From a virus: DNA of 64,000 bases. The stretch lies in IMG/VR virus record IMGVR_UViG_2919361683_000002, positions 1-64,000 of that record; one strand, 5' to 3'. Made by a program: the position numbers and the translations under genes. The notes below the pieces were generated by a model. The model worked only from the letters and a program-made list of their open reading frames with translations, ran no database searches and was not told the DNA's origin. How positions within the stretch are numbered: position 1 is the stretch's first letter; the number at the start of each line of letters is the position of its first letter. Below, piece by piece: positions 18,527-28,051 of the stretch.

Positions 18527-19219
18527 TTACTTGTCAAAATAATAAGAAATCTTATATTCACCAGAGAAATTATCCACATCAAATGTGACCTTTTTATAGA
18601 CAGGAGTACCCAACCCATTTGTTACTTGCATGTCATATAAGAAGGAAAATGAGTGTCCAACTTTATTGTCTCTGATAACTAATTTTTCACTGTTACTTTC
18701 AATTAATGTGTAGTTTTTATCATTCAGATATAGGTCTTTCATTTTCTGTAGGTATTCTTCCAAATCAGAAGAAAACCTTTCTTCGCTCTCATTATAAGAG
18801 TCTAAATCAAAAGTCAGAATATCCTTACCATCATAACTCAGCCCATGTCTTGTATTAACATATTTATAATCCAATACATTAGCATAATCATCAAAGCTTC
18901 CGCTTTTAAATCCACCTACATATTTTCCATGTTGCAAAGCATTTAGATAATTATCTACCGTTGCTTTAGCTTTTTGTTCAGGAGTATTAAAATAAACTGT
19001 TATCGCTGAAATTACCAAGAAAAGTATTAAGGCAACTCCATATACTATCTTTCTTGGTGTTAATAATTTCTTTTTTGGTGAATTATCTTTAGGTAACTCA
19101 GCTACCAAATTCTCGCCAGTGTTATCAGATGTGTCACCTAATTCTTGTTTGGCTCCACATTTGTTACAATATAAACTTTCATCCTCTAGCGAATTATTGC
19201 AATTAACGCATAATTTCAT
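18527..19219 (-). CDS. zinc-ribbon single-pass membrane protein (moron; possible superinfection exclusion)
   Basis: N-terminal CxxC-x10-CxxCG, one TM helix, an extracytoplasmic domain and an own TG-TATAAT promoter near 19244. Confidence 0.75.
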   Translation of the reverse strand: MKLCVNCNNSLEDESLYCNKCGAKQELGDTSDNTGENLVAELPKDNSPKKKLLTPRKIVYGVALILFLVISAITVYFNTPEQKAKATVDNYLNALQHGKYVGGFKSGSFDDYANVLDYKYVNTRHGLSYDGKDILTFDLDSYNESEERFSSDLEEYLQKMKDLYLNDKNYTLIESNSEKLVIRDNKVGHSFSFLYDMQVTNGLGTPVYKKVTFDVDNFSGEYKISYYFDK

Positions 19220-19310
19220 TTAAAATAGTCCCACCTCTCAAATTATACCAATAGTTTACCATGTCTTGGGTAATGGGTCTATAGTATTATAGAAAAGGTG
19301 AGTAGTGGGA

Positions 19311-19763
19311 CTAAATAAACAAAGCAACCTCTAGAGATGTTGAATATTTTCCCCTTGATACATATGTGTCATAAATAAGTTCTGGATCATCCGTTTTGAA
19401 ACGATTGAGTTTGAAAGGCTCCATAGGCTCTTGAAACAATTTCTCCAACGCTGCTTGTTTGTCCCGATAATAATCGTAAGTAAATGTTGTCTTGTCGGTA
19501 TATCCTTGTGAATCGATACGTTCTTTCCTTATTAGAGTGAGAAGGGATAGTTCACTTATATTGGGTGTCTTACGTTCAAGAAACTCGTTGAGTTGTTCAA
19601 TTGTGTTGAGCATAAACTTCATTGAGTCGATGATGATCGTTGCTTTAGGTGAGATATCAAGGAAGTAGCAGAGCTGGTCTAGTGTTAAGTTAGGATGATA
19701 AAGAACTTTCCGAGTTTGTACAGCAACAACATTTACGATTGACATATGTATCTTCTCCTTCAA
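19311..19763 (-). CDS. hypothetical protein
   Basis: ORF coupled downstream of the endonuclease gene. Confidence 0.55.
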   Translation of the reverse strand: MKEKIHMSIVNVVAVQTRKVLYHPNLTLDQLCYFLDISPKATIIIDSMKFMLNTIEQLNEFLERKTPNISELSLLTLIRKERIDSQGYTDKTTFTYDYYRDKQAALEKLFQEPMEPFKLNRFKTDDPELIYDTYVSRGKYSTSLEVALFI

Positions 19764-19769
19764 TTTGGA

Positions 19770-21470
19770 TTAAGATAGAGCAGGGTAGACAGGGACAGGT
19801 AAGATGTTTAGTTGGGCAAGTTTTTCGTTAAGTATTGATTCGATGTTGTCATAATCCCAGTAGGGAATGCGTATCAACGGGATGTTATGTGACTTACAGT
19901 AGTCGTCTTTGATCTTGTCTCGTCTTTTTTGAAGTTTAAATGATTTTTCGCCACCAAAGTATTCTATTGGTTCGTAGTGTTGCTGTCCATCAAACTCAAT
20001 CAGAAAAAGAGGAGGTTCATCTTTTTTCTTCAATACAGCAAAGTCAAATTTAAGAGGAGTACGATCTCTACAATCTTCAAAGTCAAACTGAGGTACATAG
20101 GTATAATTATTATTCGATAAGTACAGACGAATCCGTTCTTCACCTTTTGATTCTGATTTCTTAGGTGGTCTACATCTTGGACAGCGCGCGCCTCCTTGAA
20201 CGAAGTTGGAGGGCACAGTATTGTAAACATGTCCACATTCAAGGTGTTTAAGCTTTACCTTGTCTGAATCTGTAATATATTCGCTGACTAATTCGTAGCA
20301 TCCATTAGTCAATAATTTAACTTGATGTGCGAATACTTTAGTGTCTTTCTTAGTGTAACCGTGGCATATGGGACAAGAAGCACCCGTCAGTAGATTATGA
20401 GCTGCTATTTCAAATACGCAGGCACAGTCAAAGTGTTTTATCTTCATTTTAGAAACTGTACTGATATATTTACTTAAAATTCCGTATTCGTCCATGAATT
20501 TAGGTCTTTTTGAAAGCAAAACATTAATAAAATCTTCATGGCTGTAAGCAATTCCACCATTACAGTAATGGCATCTTGCTCCACTTAAAAAATGTGAAGG
20601 TGTTGTTAAATAAGATTTACCGCACACATTATGCAATACTTTTATTTTTTTGCTTGATCCATGATATTCAGTAAGTAGGGTATACTCCGTACCTACCAAC
20701 GACAATACTTCTTTTTTGAAACTTCCTGTTGTTTTCTTTGCAATCCCAGCACAATGAGGACAACCATTTTTTGCTCTGCTATAAATAGGAGCCTTCCATC
20801 TGTGACCATTTGTGCATTTCCAATTAACTTTCAAACGACTACTTAATGTTACATCAGAAGGTAATACAGAATTGCTTTCATAATCCCATTCAGATAGCAA
20901 ACTTGGAGAGTTACTCTCCAGTGAGTTTGTGATATTGACCCGACGTCCAACACAATAAGGACAGCTACGACCTCTAATTCTTTCGTATGGTGGCATATCA
21001 TAATTGCTATTGCAAGTTGGGCAATTCCACCAAAATTTTTTGCGACTAGAACCATAAACTTCAAACGCAGAAATTCCGTTTTTTAAAATGTCCCACTCGC
21101 TCAGCAATTTTGGACCAACAGAACCTAAAGACCTTTCTAATGGTACATTTTCTTTTTTTGTATTTACTGATTTAATTCTTGAGCATTTGTAACACCTGTC
21201 TAGGCCGTCACCAGTACTTCTATTTTTTAAGATCATTCCATAACTTGAATTCTTTGTTTCAGATCCGCAAACATCGCATATTTTAGTAACCTTATATCTC
21301 ATGGTTGTAGGGGGAAGGTCGCATACTTTCACTATAAGTTTTGTTCCGCTTGGAACAGCTATTCGACCTTTTTTGTCTAGGCTTCTGGGAATAAGATATC
21401 CAAGACTTTCATAATACGTAATTGTTTTTGAGATTAAAGTTACTTCAATATGTTCTTCTTTGATACCCAA
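19770..21470 (-). CDS. multi zinc-ribbon protein with C-terminal PD-(D/E)XK/Vsr-like endonuclease (free-standing homing endonuclease-like)
   Basis: Repeated CPxC/WxC zinc ribbons and a C-terminal SKGE...PLKFDFA...LIEFDGQQH...KDDYC...LIRIPYW. Confidence 0.8.
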   Translation of the reverse strand: MGIKEEHIEVTLISKTITYYESLGYLIPRSLDKKGRIAVPSGTKLIVKVCDLPPTTMRYKVTKICDVCGSETKNSSYGMILKNRSTGDGLDRCYKCSRIKSVNTKKENVPLERSLGSVGPKLLSEWDILKNGISAFEVYGSSRKKFWWNCPTCNSNYDMPPYERIRGRSCPYCVGRRVNITNSLESNSPSLLSEWDYESNSVLPSDVTLSSRLKVNWKCTNGHRWKAPIYSRAKNGCPHCAGIAKKTTGSFKKEVLSLVGTEYTLLTEYHGSSKKIKVLHNVCGKSYLTTPSHFLSGARCHYCNGGIAYSHEDFINVLLSKRPKFMDEYGILSKYISTVSKMKIKHFDCACVFEIAAHNLLTGASCPICHGYTKKDTKVFAHQVKLLTNGCYELVSEYITDSDKVKLKHLECGHVYNTVPSNFVQGGARCPRCRPPKKSESKGEERIRLYLSNNNYTYVPQFDFEDCRDRTPLKFDFAVLKKKDEPPLFLIEFDGQQHYEPIEYFGGEKSFKLQKRRDKIKDDYCKSHNIPLIRIPYWDYDNIESILNEKLAQLNILPVPVYPALS

Positions 21471-21490
21471 CCGAATACTTCCTTTCTTTA

Positions 21491-21565
21491 TTAGTTATAT
21501 AACCTATATAACTAATATAACCATACGATTGTTTGTTGTCAATATAAGTTGTATAACTTATAATA
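21491..21565. promoter_or_regulatory. divergent promoter region with repeated TATAAC operator-like sites
   Basis: AGTTATATAACC, TATATAACT, ATATAACC and the palindrome TAAGTTGTATAACTTA lie between the divergent RHH and endonuclease genes. Confidence 0.55.
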
Positions 21566-21589
21566 CTTTGTATCGGAGGTGTGCTTAAT

Positions 21590-21754
21590 TTGGCAATTGA
21601 TAAAGATAAAAATACTCAAGTTCTTGTAACTTTTCCAAACGATTTACTTGATGAAATAGAGATGTTCTGGCATGAAAACAAATTAAAAAACCGTTCTGAG
21701 ACGATCAGAAGATTGGTTGAAATAGGTTTAGAAAAGAAAAATACTGAGAAATAA
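21590..21754 (+). CDS. CopG/ribbon-helix-helix regulator, 54 aa MAIDKDKNTQVLVTFPNDLLDEIEMFWHENKLKNRSETIRRLVEIGLEKKNTEK
   Basis: Translated by hand. GGAGGTG RBS, TTG start, RHH pattern (VLVTFP..LL..I......NRSE.IR.LV). Confidence 0.85.
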   Translation: MAIDKDKNTQVLVTFPNDLLDEIEMFWHENKLKNRSETIRRLVEIGLEKKNTEK

Positions 21755-21776
21755 TTTTATATTGAAGCGAAAATAA

Positions 21777-21803
21777 GAAAAGAGCCTATAATTAGGCTCT
21801 TTC
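21777..21803. terminator. bidirectional terminator
   Basis: GAAAAGAGCCTA-TAAT-TAGGCTCTTTC between convergent genes. Confidence 0.7.
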
Positions 21804-21826
21804 ATTTACCTACATATTCACTTTAA

Positions 21827-22561
21827 TTACATCATGTATATCTTCAATGAATCTCGCTCTGTGGAATTTGGTGCGGCGTAATCAATTGGCATTTTTCCAT
21901 CAGCATCTTTTAGTTTTGGATTTGCTTTATAAGTCAAACCTGTTAATTCGCCTTGATAGAAATTGTTTTTATCAATAATTGTTTCGTGCAAAGGACTTTG
22001 TTTTTTATTATTCAAAATATTCACGTTCAACGCATTCTTCTTGATCACAAGGTAGGTCGCATAATCATTCTTACGAATTACCCAGTGCAAAATAGAATCT
22101 CCATTAGCATCCTGACTGTTAATCGTTAGTTCACCACTGGCAATGGCTGCTGCAATCTTCTCGCTATCCAGTTTATCTCCTTTTGTGTATTGATCCACGT
22201 TGAAGGTTTTGCCTCCTTGCTTAACCGCTGATGTTGCTGGCTCACTTTTTGTGGTTGTTGTAGCAGATGGGGGAGAGGAGGGAGCAGGTGTTGCTCCATT
22301 GCTTTTAACCAGCTCAATTTTACCGCCACTAGCGCTTGCTACATTATAGCCCATTGCACTTGCTGTATCTCTAAGTGGAAGATACGCTTTGCCATTCACA
22401 TTGATTGGGCTATCGTTTAACTTAGCTTCTTGTCCATTGACCACAATCTTTGTAGGTGTCAATGTTGCTTTTAAATATGTACTTGCTCCTGCTACGCCAC
22501 TAACTGCCACTGCAACGCCAAATATTGCACCAGCGAGGAACGTTGGTATCCGTTTTTTCAT
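21827..22561 (-). CDS. secreted Cu-amine-oxidase N-terminal (stalk) domain + ankyrin-repeat protein
   Basis: Signal peptide, IVVNG...PI..NGKAYLPLR..A.AMG stalk domain, Pro/Thr linker, and ankyrin motifs GDSILHW, QSPLH and GKMPIDYA. Confidence 0.8.
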   Translation of the reverse strand: MKKRIPTFLAGAIFGVAVAVSGVAGASTYLKATLTPTKIVVNGQEAKLNDSPINVNGKAYLPLRDTASAMGYNVASASGGKIELVKSNGATPAPSSPPSATTTTKSEPATSAVKQGGKTFNVDQYTKGDKLDSEKIAAAIASGELTINSQDANGDSILHWVIRKNDYATYLVIKKNALNVNILNNKKQSPLHETIIDKNNFYQGELTGLTYKANPKLKDADGKMPIDYAAPNSTERDSLKIYMM

Positions 22562-22690
22562 TGTACATCCTCCAATTATTCGATTAGCATATGATTTTAC
22601 ACATACTTACAATATATATCGGATAGGAGGGAGTGGAAGTTTATAGAAAATATAAAAGACCCTCAAAATGAGAGTCTTATCAAAGAAATA

Positions 22691-22882
22691 TTAAAAAGTT
22701 TTTTTAGCGTCGATTGGTTTTATTTTAACAAATCCATTTGTGTCAAACTCTAGATTTAGATTATTACGCAAATCAATGGATTTATTCTTTTTAAGTCTGT
22801 TTATCATTGGTGTATCAGAGAAGGGATTAGCTAACTTTTTTCTTGTCAATGAGTTATTTGCTTGTTTGACAGTACTTTTCAT
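22691..22882 (-). CDS. small basic hypothetical protein
   Basis: GGAGG RBS with an upstream TG-TATAAT promoter, 63 aa. Confidence 0.55.
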   Translation of the reverse strand: MKSTVKQANNSLTRKKLANPFSDTPMINRLKKNKSIDLRNNLNLEFDTNGFVKIKPIDAKKTF

Positions 22883-22935
22883 AAGAAACCCTCCTTCCCT
22901 TATGATTATATCACACTTTAGGGGAACGTGCGATC

Positions 22936-23967
22936 CTATAATTCCTTGATGAATTTAGCTAATTGCTTATAAGCAGCTTCCTTTTGATCAAGAATCTTGA
23001 AACATTTTGTGATTCTTGATGCTTTTCCTGTCTTTTTCGAATGGCTGTATCCTTCAATCTTCCATTTTCCTGAGTCTTCGCAAAGACTTAGTGTCTTAGT
23101 GGTCTTATCACCTTCAAGTGACCACTGTTCTTTACCATCATTAATTGAATATAACCAATCAAGATTATCTGAAACAGCACTAATGCTATTCATTAATTCC
23201 AATACAGTTTGGTATCTTTTAGTAGTGTCAACTTCTAAAGCCTTTTTAATACACTTTCTCAAGCTGTTTGGTATATGAGGAAGAAACTTATCTCGTAATG
23301 GAAAAGTTCCCTTCATCACGTTCTCTTCAGAAAAAGATGCACATTGAGAATTAAAATCCTCATTTCCGTTACACATCCGATATAGCGTTAATCCAGCTTG
23401 ATAGATATCATATTGGTTGGTAAGAGAAGTGGTTACCAATGCATCTGGAACTAAATGTTTCATATAAATTTTATCAGGAGATGCAAACCCATTGGTATCA
23501 GTGTATTTAGTAAGACCAAAATCGGTAAGAAGAGCTCTGTTTGAATCGTCAATTATAATATTGGTTGGTTTGATATCAAAATGGACAAGCTTCTTCGTAT
23601 GTACAAAGTGTAGCCCACTTAAAAAATCAAGCGAGTATTTAACAATTTCTCTTACGCTCAAAAACCTCTTATTCATCAGAGTATTCAGTGAACCTCTTGA
23701 GTGATACGGCATGGATAGATATATTTTATCAACATCTTCACAAGCGTAATTAATTACCATGATATTAGGATGACGACTGCTGTACAACATTTTAGACTCA
23801 TTAAAGTAATCTTCTTTCAATTCAAAATCCGATTTTAGAATTGATTTTACAACTATTTGTGAATCGAGTTGAATATCTCGGGCAAGAAATGCTTTAGAAT
23901 TAAGTCCTTCGCCACCTATCTCTCTAATGAATTCAAAAGTCAATTGAGTGACAACCTGATATGTCAT
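22936..23967 (-). CDS. Hanks-type Ser/Thr protein kinase, cytoplasmic
   Basis: Gly loop IGGEGLNS, VVK, HPNI, HFDIKPTN, DFG, DIYQAG and RYQT, plus a ~75-aa C-terminal domain and no TM. Confidence 0.92.
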   Translation of the reverse strand: MTYQVVTQLTFEFIREIGGEGLNSKAFLARDIQLDSQIVVKSILKSDFELKEDYFNESKMLYSSRHPNIMVINYACEDVDKIYLSMPYHSRGSLNTLMNKRFLSVREIVKYSLDFLSGLHFVHTKKLVHFDIKPTNIIIDDSNRALLTDFGLTKYTDTNGFASPDKIYMKHLVPDALVTTSLTNQYDIYQAGLTLYRMCNGNEDFNSQCASFSEENVMKGTFPLRDKFLPHIPNSLRKCIKKALEVDTTKRYQTVLELMNSISAVSDNLDWLYSINDGKEQWSLEGDKTTKTLSLCEDSGKWKIEGYSHSKKTGKASRITKCFKILDQKEAAYKQLAKFIKEL

Positions 23968-24446
23968 AGAATCACCTCTTCTTCTAATTCACTAGCTGCA
24001 ATAGCGGTGATAATACTTTCCCTTACGCTCTTGGCTGATTTACTAACTCCTTCAACATTAAGCAATTCGTTATCACCATCAATAAAATCTTTTACTTTCT
24101 GAGTAGACTCTTCAACCAAACTTGCAATTTTGGAAATTGTACCGAGAAAATACTTGTGTATACTGCAATCGGCAAGCAATTCTTGAATTACCCCTTCTAG
24201 ATAAATTCTCTCAATGCTCACATTCTGAGCAGTTCCTTCGTGAACCCTGATACCAGCATAAGCAACCGAAAACTCAATGAAAATAGAATTGAGGTTGGTT
24301 CTTATATATGCCAGTTGATCGGGGACTTCCAAAGCTTTTGGGATAATTATTTTATCGTGAGTTAGAATTGTTATCTCGCCTTCGATCTTTTCAGTTATAC
24401 AATAAAAAACTTCTGATGGCGAAACTCGTATTCCTATTGATCGCAA
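23964..24446 (-). CDS. RNase H-like (RuvC/YqgF-like fold) protein, translationally coupled to the kinase
   Basis: beta-beta-beta-alpha-beta pattern MRSIGIRVSP..VFYCI...L..I...L..I..EF...AGIR..E......ERI.LEGVIQ. Four-nucleotide ATGA overlap with the kinase. Confidence 0.65.
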   Translation of the reverse strand: MRSIGIRVSPSEVFYCITEKIEGEITILTHDKIIIPKALEVPDQLAYIRTNLNSIFIEFSVAYAGIRVHEGTAQNVSIERIYLEGVIQELLADCSIHKYFLGTISKIASLVEESTQKVKDFIDGDNELLNVEGVSKSAKSVRESIITAIAASELEEEVIL

Positions 24447-24500
24447 AATTTATCACTCTCCTATAGTTCTACTATACGACATATGGGAACATATTCCTAC

Positions 24501-24514
24501 AGAACAAATGTTTG
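24501..24514. promoter_or_regulatory. putative LexA (SOS) box upstream of the RNase H-like/kinase operon
   Basis: AGAACAAATGTTTG matches the Firmicute GAAC-N4-GTTY consensus and sits next to a TAGGAA-17-TATAGT promoter on the minus strand. Confidence 0.45.
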
Positions 24515-24565
24515 ATATAGTCGCATAGTAGGAGGGAGGAGAGAGAAAGATAGTAGTCTTAAGGT

Positions 24566-27500
24566 TTACATAAAGTCGTAGCGAGTACCATTGAAGGTGA
24601 TTTTGCCATCAGCAGAGAGGACGATGGAAGCTTTTCCGTTGGATATTTTGATGTTGCCTTGATCACCAATGATGTTTACATCTTTGCTGAGAACATTAAA
24701 TTTCCCCGAGTCAGATTTTAAAAGAATACCTTCATCTGTCAACTTCAAACTTCGTTCTTTAGCGGTATTACTAGCATTATAGATAAAGTCAAAGCTTCCA
24801 TTTGGTTTCTTAATCCAGCCAATACCTGATCCACCGCTACCGCCATCACCAATACCCATTCTCCAAAATGGAGTACTACTGTCTCCCGAACCTTCGAATC
24901 CAGCCTCCATTTTTGCTTTTTCGTCCATCTCGTATTCAAGTACAGGCCATTCGGTTTCATCGGTAGTCATTTGTCCTGATTGAGTTGAATTTTTCCAATA
25001 TAAAGGCTTGCCATCATCTAGAGTCTTCTGTTTGCCAGCACCTTTAACTTTGCCAGTAATCCATTTTGCGGTATTACCTTCGATGCGGATATAGTTTGAC
25101 CAATCTGATAATGCAGCATTAGTCAAAGTCGATAGGCGTCCTGCTACCAATGCAGAAATATATCCCATATCAGATGTAACCATGTTTGCAGCAATTAATT
25201 GGGCATCCACTCGACCTGCACCCAGAATATTCCACCCATCCATGTTTAAATCGCGTGTAGCTGTGTCTAACAGGAAGCGACCATTTGGATCAGTTAGTTG
25301 TAGGTTTTTAAATCTGGCACGACCGTCCATGTAAATAGCAGCCGGAGCACTATCATCTGTTGCACCTACACGAATACCGTTACGATCAATAACGACCACT
25401 CTATTACCACTACCAACCTGGAATTTACTATCAACAACCAGCGAATCTGACAATTCAGCACCAGTCATCCAAACTTTACCGTAGTAATCCGCGTGAAATG
25501 GAGCTGAAGACCAATTTGAGGAGCCTAATGCCAAACCGTCCTTATCAATCCTAAATACTCGCTCTCCTTCGCCAGCTTGAAAGTTACCCTTCATAAACAA
25601 ATCGCCATCGGGAGAAGTATACAATGTCTTTTCGAATGAGCCATTTCGGTTACGTTCTAATTTGAATCCATCTTCATTGTCGAACGTAAACTTATTTAAA
25701 ACTTTATCATTTCCGCATACGTTTGGTTCTTCAAATCGATTGAATCTTAAACCAAACTTATCTGGATTTTCCTCTAATAGCCCAAGCTTAACGACTTCAC
25801 GTTTACATCTATCCTGAATGGTTAGTTTAGAGCCTTCGATAGTGAATACACCAGTCGTATCACCGATTACTACACGTTCACCAAGGATAATTTTTCCAAG
25901 AACTTGCTCTGCCACTAGGCCGTCCGCGCTGATACAAGTTTCATACTTGTTGCCTCCCGAGCGAGTCAAACCCATTGCACCGTGTGTTAGCTTGAGCCAT
26001 CTCATAGGATCTTTGTCGTCAACAATTGTTATGCCAGTGTGATCAAAGGTAACTGTCTCATTAATCGCCATCTCTAAACGTTCTTTTTCTCTATTCCATA
26101 CATTCTCAAACAGCTTATTCATTTCACTTGAATCAAACACAGCTTTATCATACTTGAATTTATTCAGATCCAACGTAACTCCATGAGTCCTTACATCTTG
26201 GAACAACTTATCAAATTCATTGCCCATTCTACTTACGTCTTTTACATTGGATATTGTCAGACTAATATTCGACTGTTCATAATCATACTCAACCTTAATT
26301 ATTCTTGCCGTGACATCTACGCCAGTCGGTTCATATTTGATGTTAACGAAATCGCCAAGATTCATCTTCTTCCAATCATATTGTGCTTCAATTATCTCTA
26401 AGAAGTTAACAATATCAATTTCCATGCTTAGTTGTGGACGTAGCAATTCTTTGAACTTCTTCATTGTTTCATCGTACAAATCTTGCTCATCTATGTATTT
26501 ACTGTCTGAGTAGTCCTGCGTAATAATATAAGAATCGCTTAACTCCATCATCTGCTCATGTGTAAAATTCTTATCATAAGCGAATGTACTTCTCAGGTTA
26601 CTTATCTTGTTGGAAACGGTAGTCAGATTAGCTTTAACAGCATCAATTTCTGCTTGTTTCTGTTTAATCTGCATTTCTTTATTATCTAAACTGTATCGCT
26701 CAATAATCTTTGAATCTGTGCCTGAATCATATTCATCTATGCTAATGTTGCATACCTGAATGTATACACCCGTATTGCCACCGCTAATAGAGACATTGAC
26801 ATGATCCTGATATCGAACCTTACCCAGAAGTCTCCATTGATTAGAAGAAACGGCTTTATTCGATCCATCTAAACTAACTGTAACACCAGTTGTGTCATCA
26901 ACCTTAATCATAACCGCATAACCAAAATCAGAAGACAATTTGAACCTACGTGAACTGCTACCAGAATGCTCATACTTCTCAAAGAACATCTTCAAATCAA
27001 ATTGTTGAGATATTTTCGTATCTGCAACTACAACTTCATTTTTTACTAGCTTATCCATATCAACTTCAAGAAGAGCTAGTTGCTTTTCATAGCCTTGTTG
27101 TTCCTTGAGGTATGCATTAAACTCTGTTTTCTTTGATTCAATTAATGCTTCAAAGTCGAGTAGGGCATGACACAACGAATCACTCATGTAATCACTGTGT
27201 CTAATGACTTTCCGATTAGCATCCCGTTCAAATGGATACATGAAATATTGAAAGCTTTCTACATAGTTTTGCCCAGTAGGATTTACTTTTTCAAATGTCA
27301 TGTCATCCTGACCAAACCCCTTTAACCTTGTGACTATAGGTTCAGAGGTTGAATGTCTAGTCATCGATTTTAAATACTTATTCCAACTAAAGGTCAATCC
27401 TTTATTTGTACCAGTCAGTTCAGGTTTTTGTAATGAAATGGTGTTTTTATCGGTATTGAAAATCGTTATAGCATTGTATGTTTCACCAACAGTCAAAATC

Positions 27501-28003
27501 GCATCCAATACATTTGTGCTTGAGAAGTCAAATGCTCTGTAAGTTAACTTGAAATCAGCATCGATATAATCGATTTTCCAAGTTGTTGGTGCAAGAATTT
27601 CATTCAATATTTGTTCGGCATGATATGATTCTACGGTCAATCCCCGTATTGCAAAACCAACCAGCAGACCAGCAGTAGAAATACAATTCAGAGTTCGAAT
27701 ATCGGATTCATCTGAACTAGAATCTTCAATGCTTTTAATGTAATACCAATCAACATTATTTCCACTTACCACCTTAATCAGATATCTTTCTCGAATTAGA
27801 CCGATGTTTTTATTCGGTACTAAGCGATGATTGACATCGATATAAAAGGGGATGGATAACTCTAATTCATTAATATCGTGCCATGTAGTAGAAATTTTAT
27901 CATTAAACGCCTCACTTATTTTGCTTATGATTGTCCTGTCTGGTCTACATAAAAAATATTGAGGTTGAATAGGTTTTAAATTGTAATCAATTTCTCCGAG
28001 CAA
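24566..28003 (-). CDS. tail spike / Tal-type tail protein (YomG-like) with C-terminal beta-helix
   Basis: Prophage tail endopeptidase-type N-terminus (VTRLKGFG), GDFV.I...ARI motif and beta-rich C-terminus. Follows the tape measure gene. Confidence 0.85.
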   Translation of the reverse strand: MLGEIDYNLKPIQPQYFLCRPDRTIISKISEAFNDKISTTWHDINELELSIPFYIDVNHRLVPNKNIGLIRERYLIKVVSGNNVDWYYIKSIEDSSSDESDIRTLNCISTAGLLVGFAIRGLTVESYHAEQILNEILAPTTWKIDYIDADFKLTYRAFDFSSTNVLDAILTVGETYNAITIFNTDKNTISLQKPELTGTNKGLTFSWNKYLKSMTRHSTSEPIVTRLKGFGQDDMTFEKVNPTGQNYVESFQYFMYPFERDANRKVIRHSDYMSDSLCHALLDFEALIESKKTEFNAYLKEQQGYEKQLALLEVDMDKLVKNEVVVADTKISQQFDLKMFFEKYEHSGSSSRRFKLSSDFGYAVMIKVDDTTGVTVSLDGSNKAVSSNQWRLLGKVRYQDHVNVSISGGNTGVYIQVCNISIDEYDSGTDSKIIERYSLDNKEMQIKQKQAEIDAVKANLTTVSNKISNLRSTFAYDKNFTHEQMMELSDSYIITQDYSDSKYIDEQDLYDETMKKFKELLRPQLSMEIDIVNFLEIIEAQYDWKKMNLGDFVNIKYEPTGVDVTARIIKVEYDYEQSNISLTISNVKDVSRMGNEFDKLFQDVRTHGVTLDLNKFKYDKAVFDSSEMNKLFENVWNREKERLEMAINETVTFDHTGITIVDDKDPMRWLKLTHGAMGLTRSGGNKYETCISADGLVAEQVLGKIILGERVVIGDTTGVFTIEGSKLTIQDRCKREVVKLGLLEENPDKFGLRFNRFEEPNVCGNDKVLNKFTFDNEDGFKLERNRNGSFEKTLYTSPDGDLFMKGNFQAGEGERVFRIDKDGLALGSSNWSSAPFHADYYGKVWMTGAELSDSLVVDSKFQVGSGNRVVVIDRNGIRVGATDDSAPAAIYMDGRARFKNLQLTDPNGRFLLDTATRDLNMDGWNILGAGRVDAQLIAANMVTSDMGYISALVAGRLSTLTNAALSDWSNYIRIEGNTAKWITGKVKGAGKQKTLDDGKPLYWKNSTQSGQMTTDETEWPVLEYEMDEKAKMEAGFEGSGDSSTPFWRMGIGDGGSGGSGIGWIKKPNGSFDFIYNASNTAKERSLKLTDEGILLKSDSGKFNVLSKDVNIIGDQGNIKISNGKASIVLSADGKITFNGTRYDFM

Positions 28004-28051
28004 TGTATCACCTCTTTAAATTGATGGTGGGGGAGAGGTGATCCCCACCGA

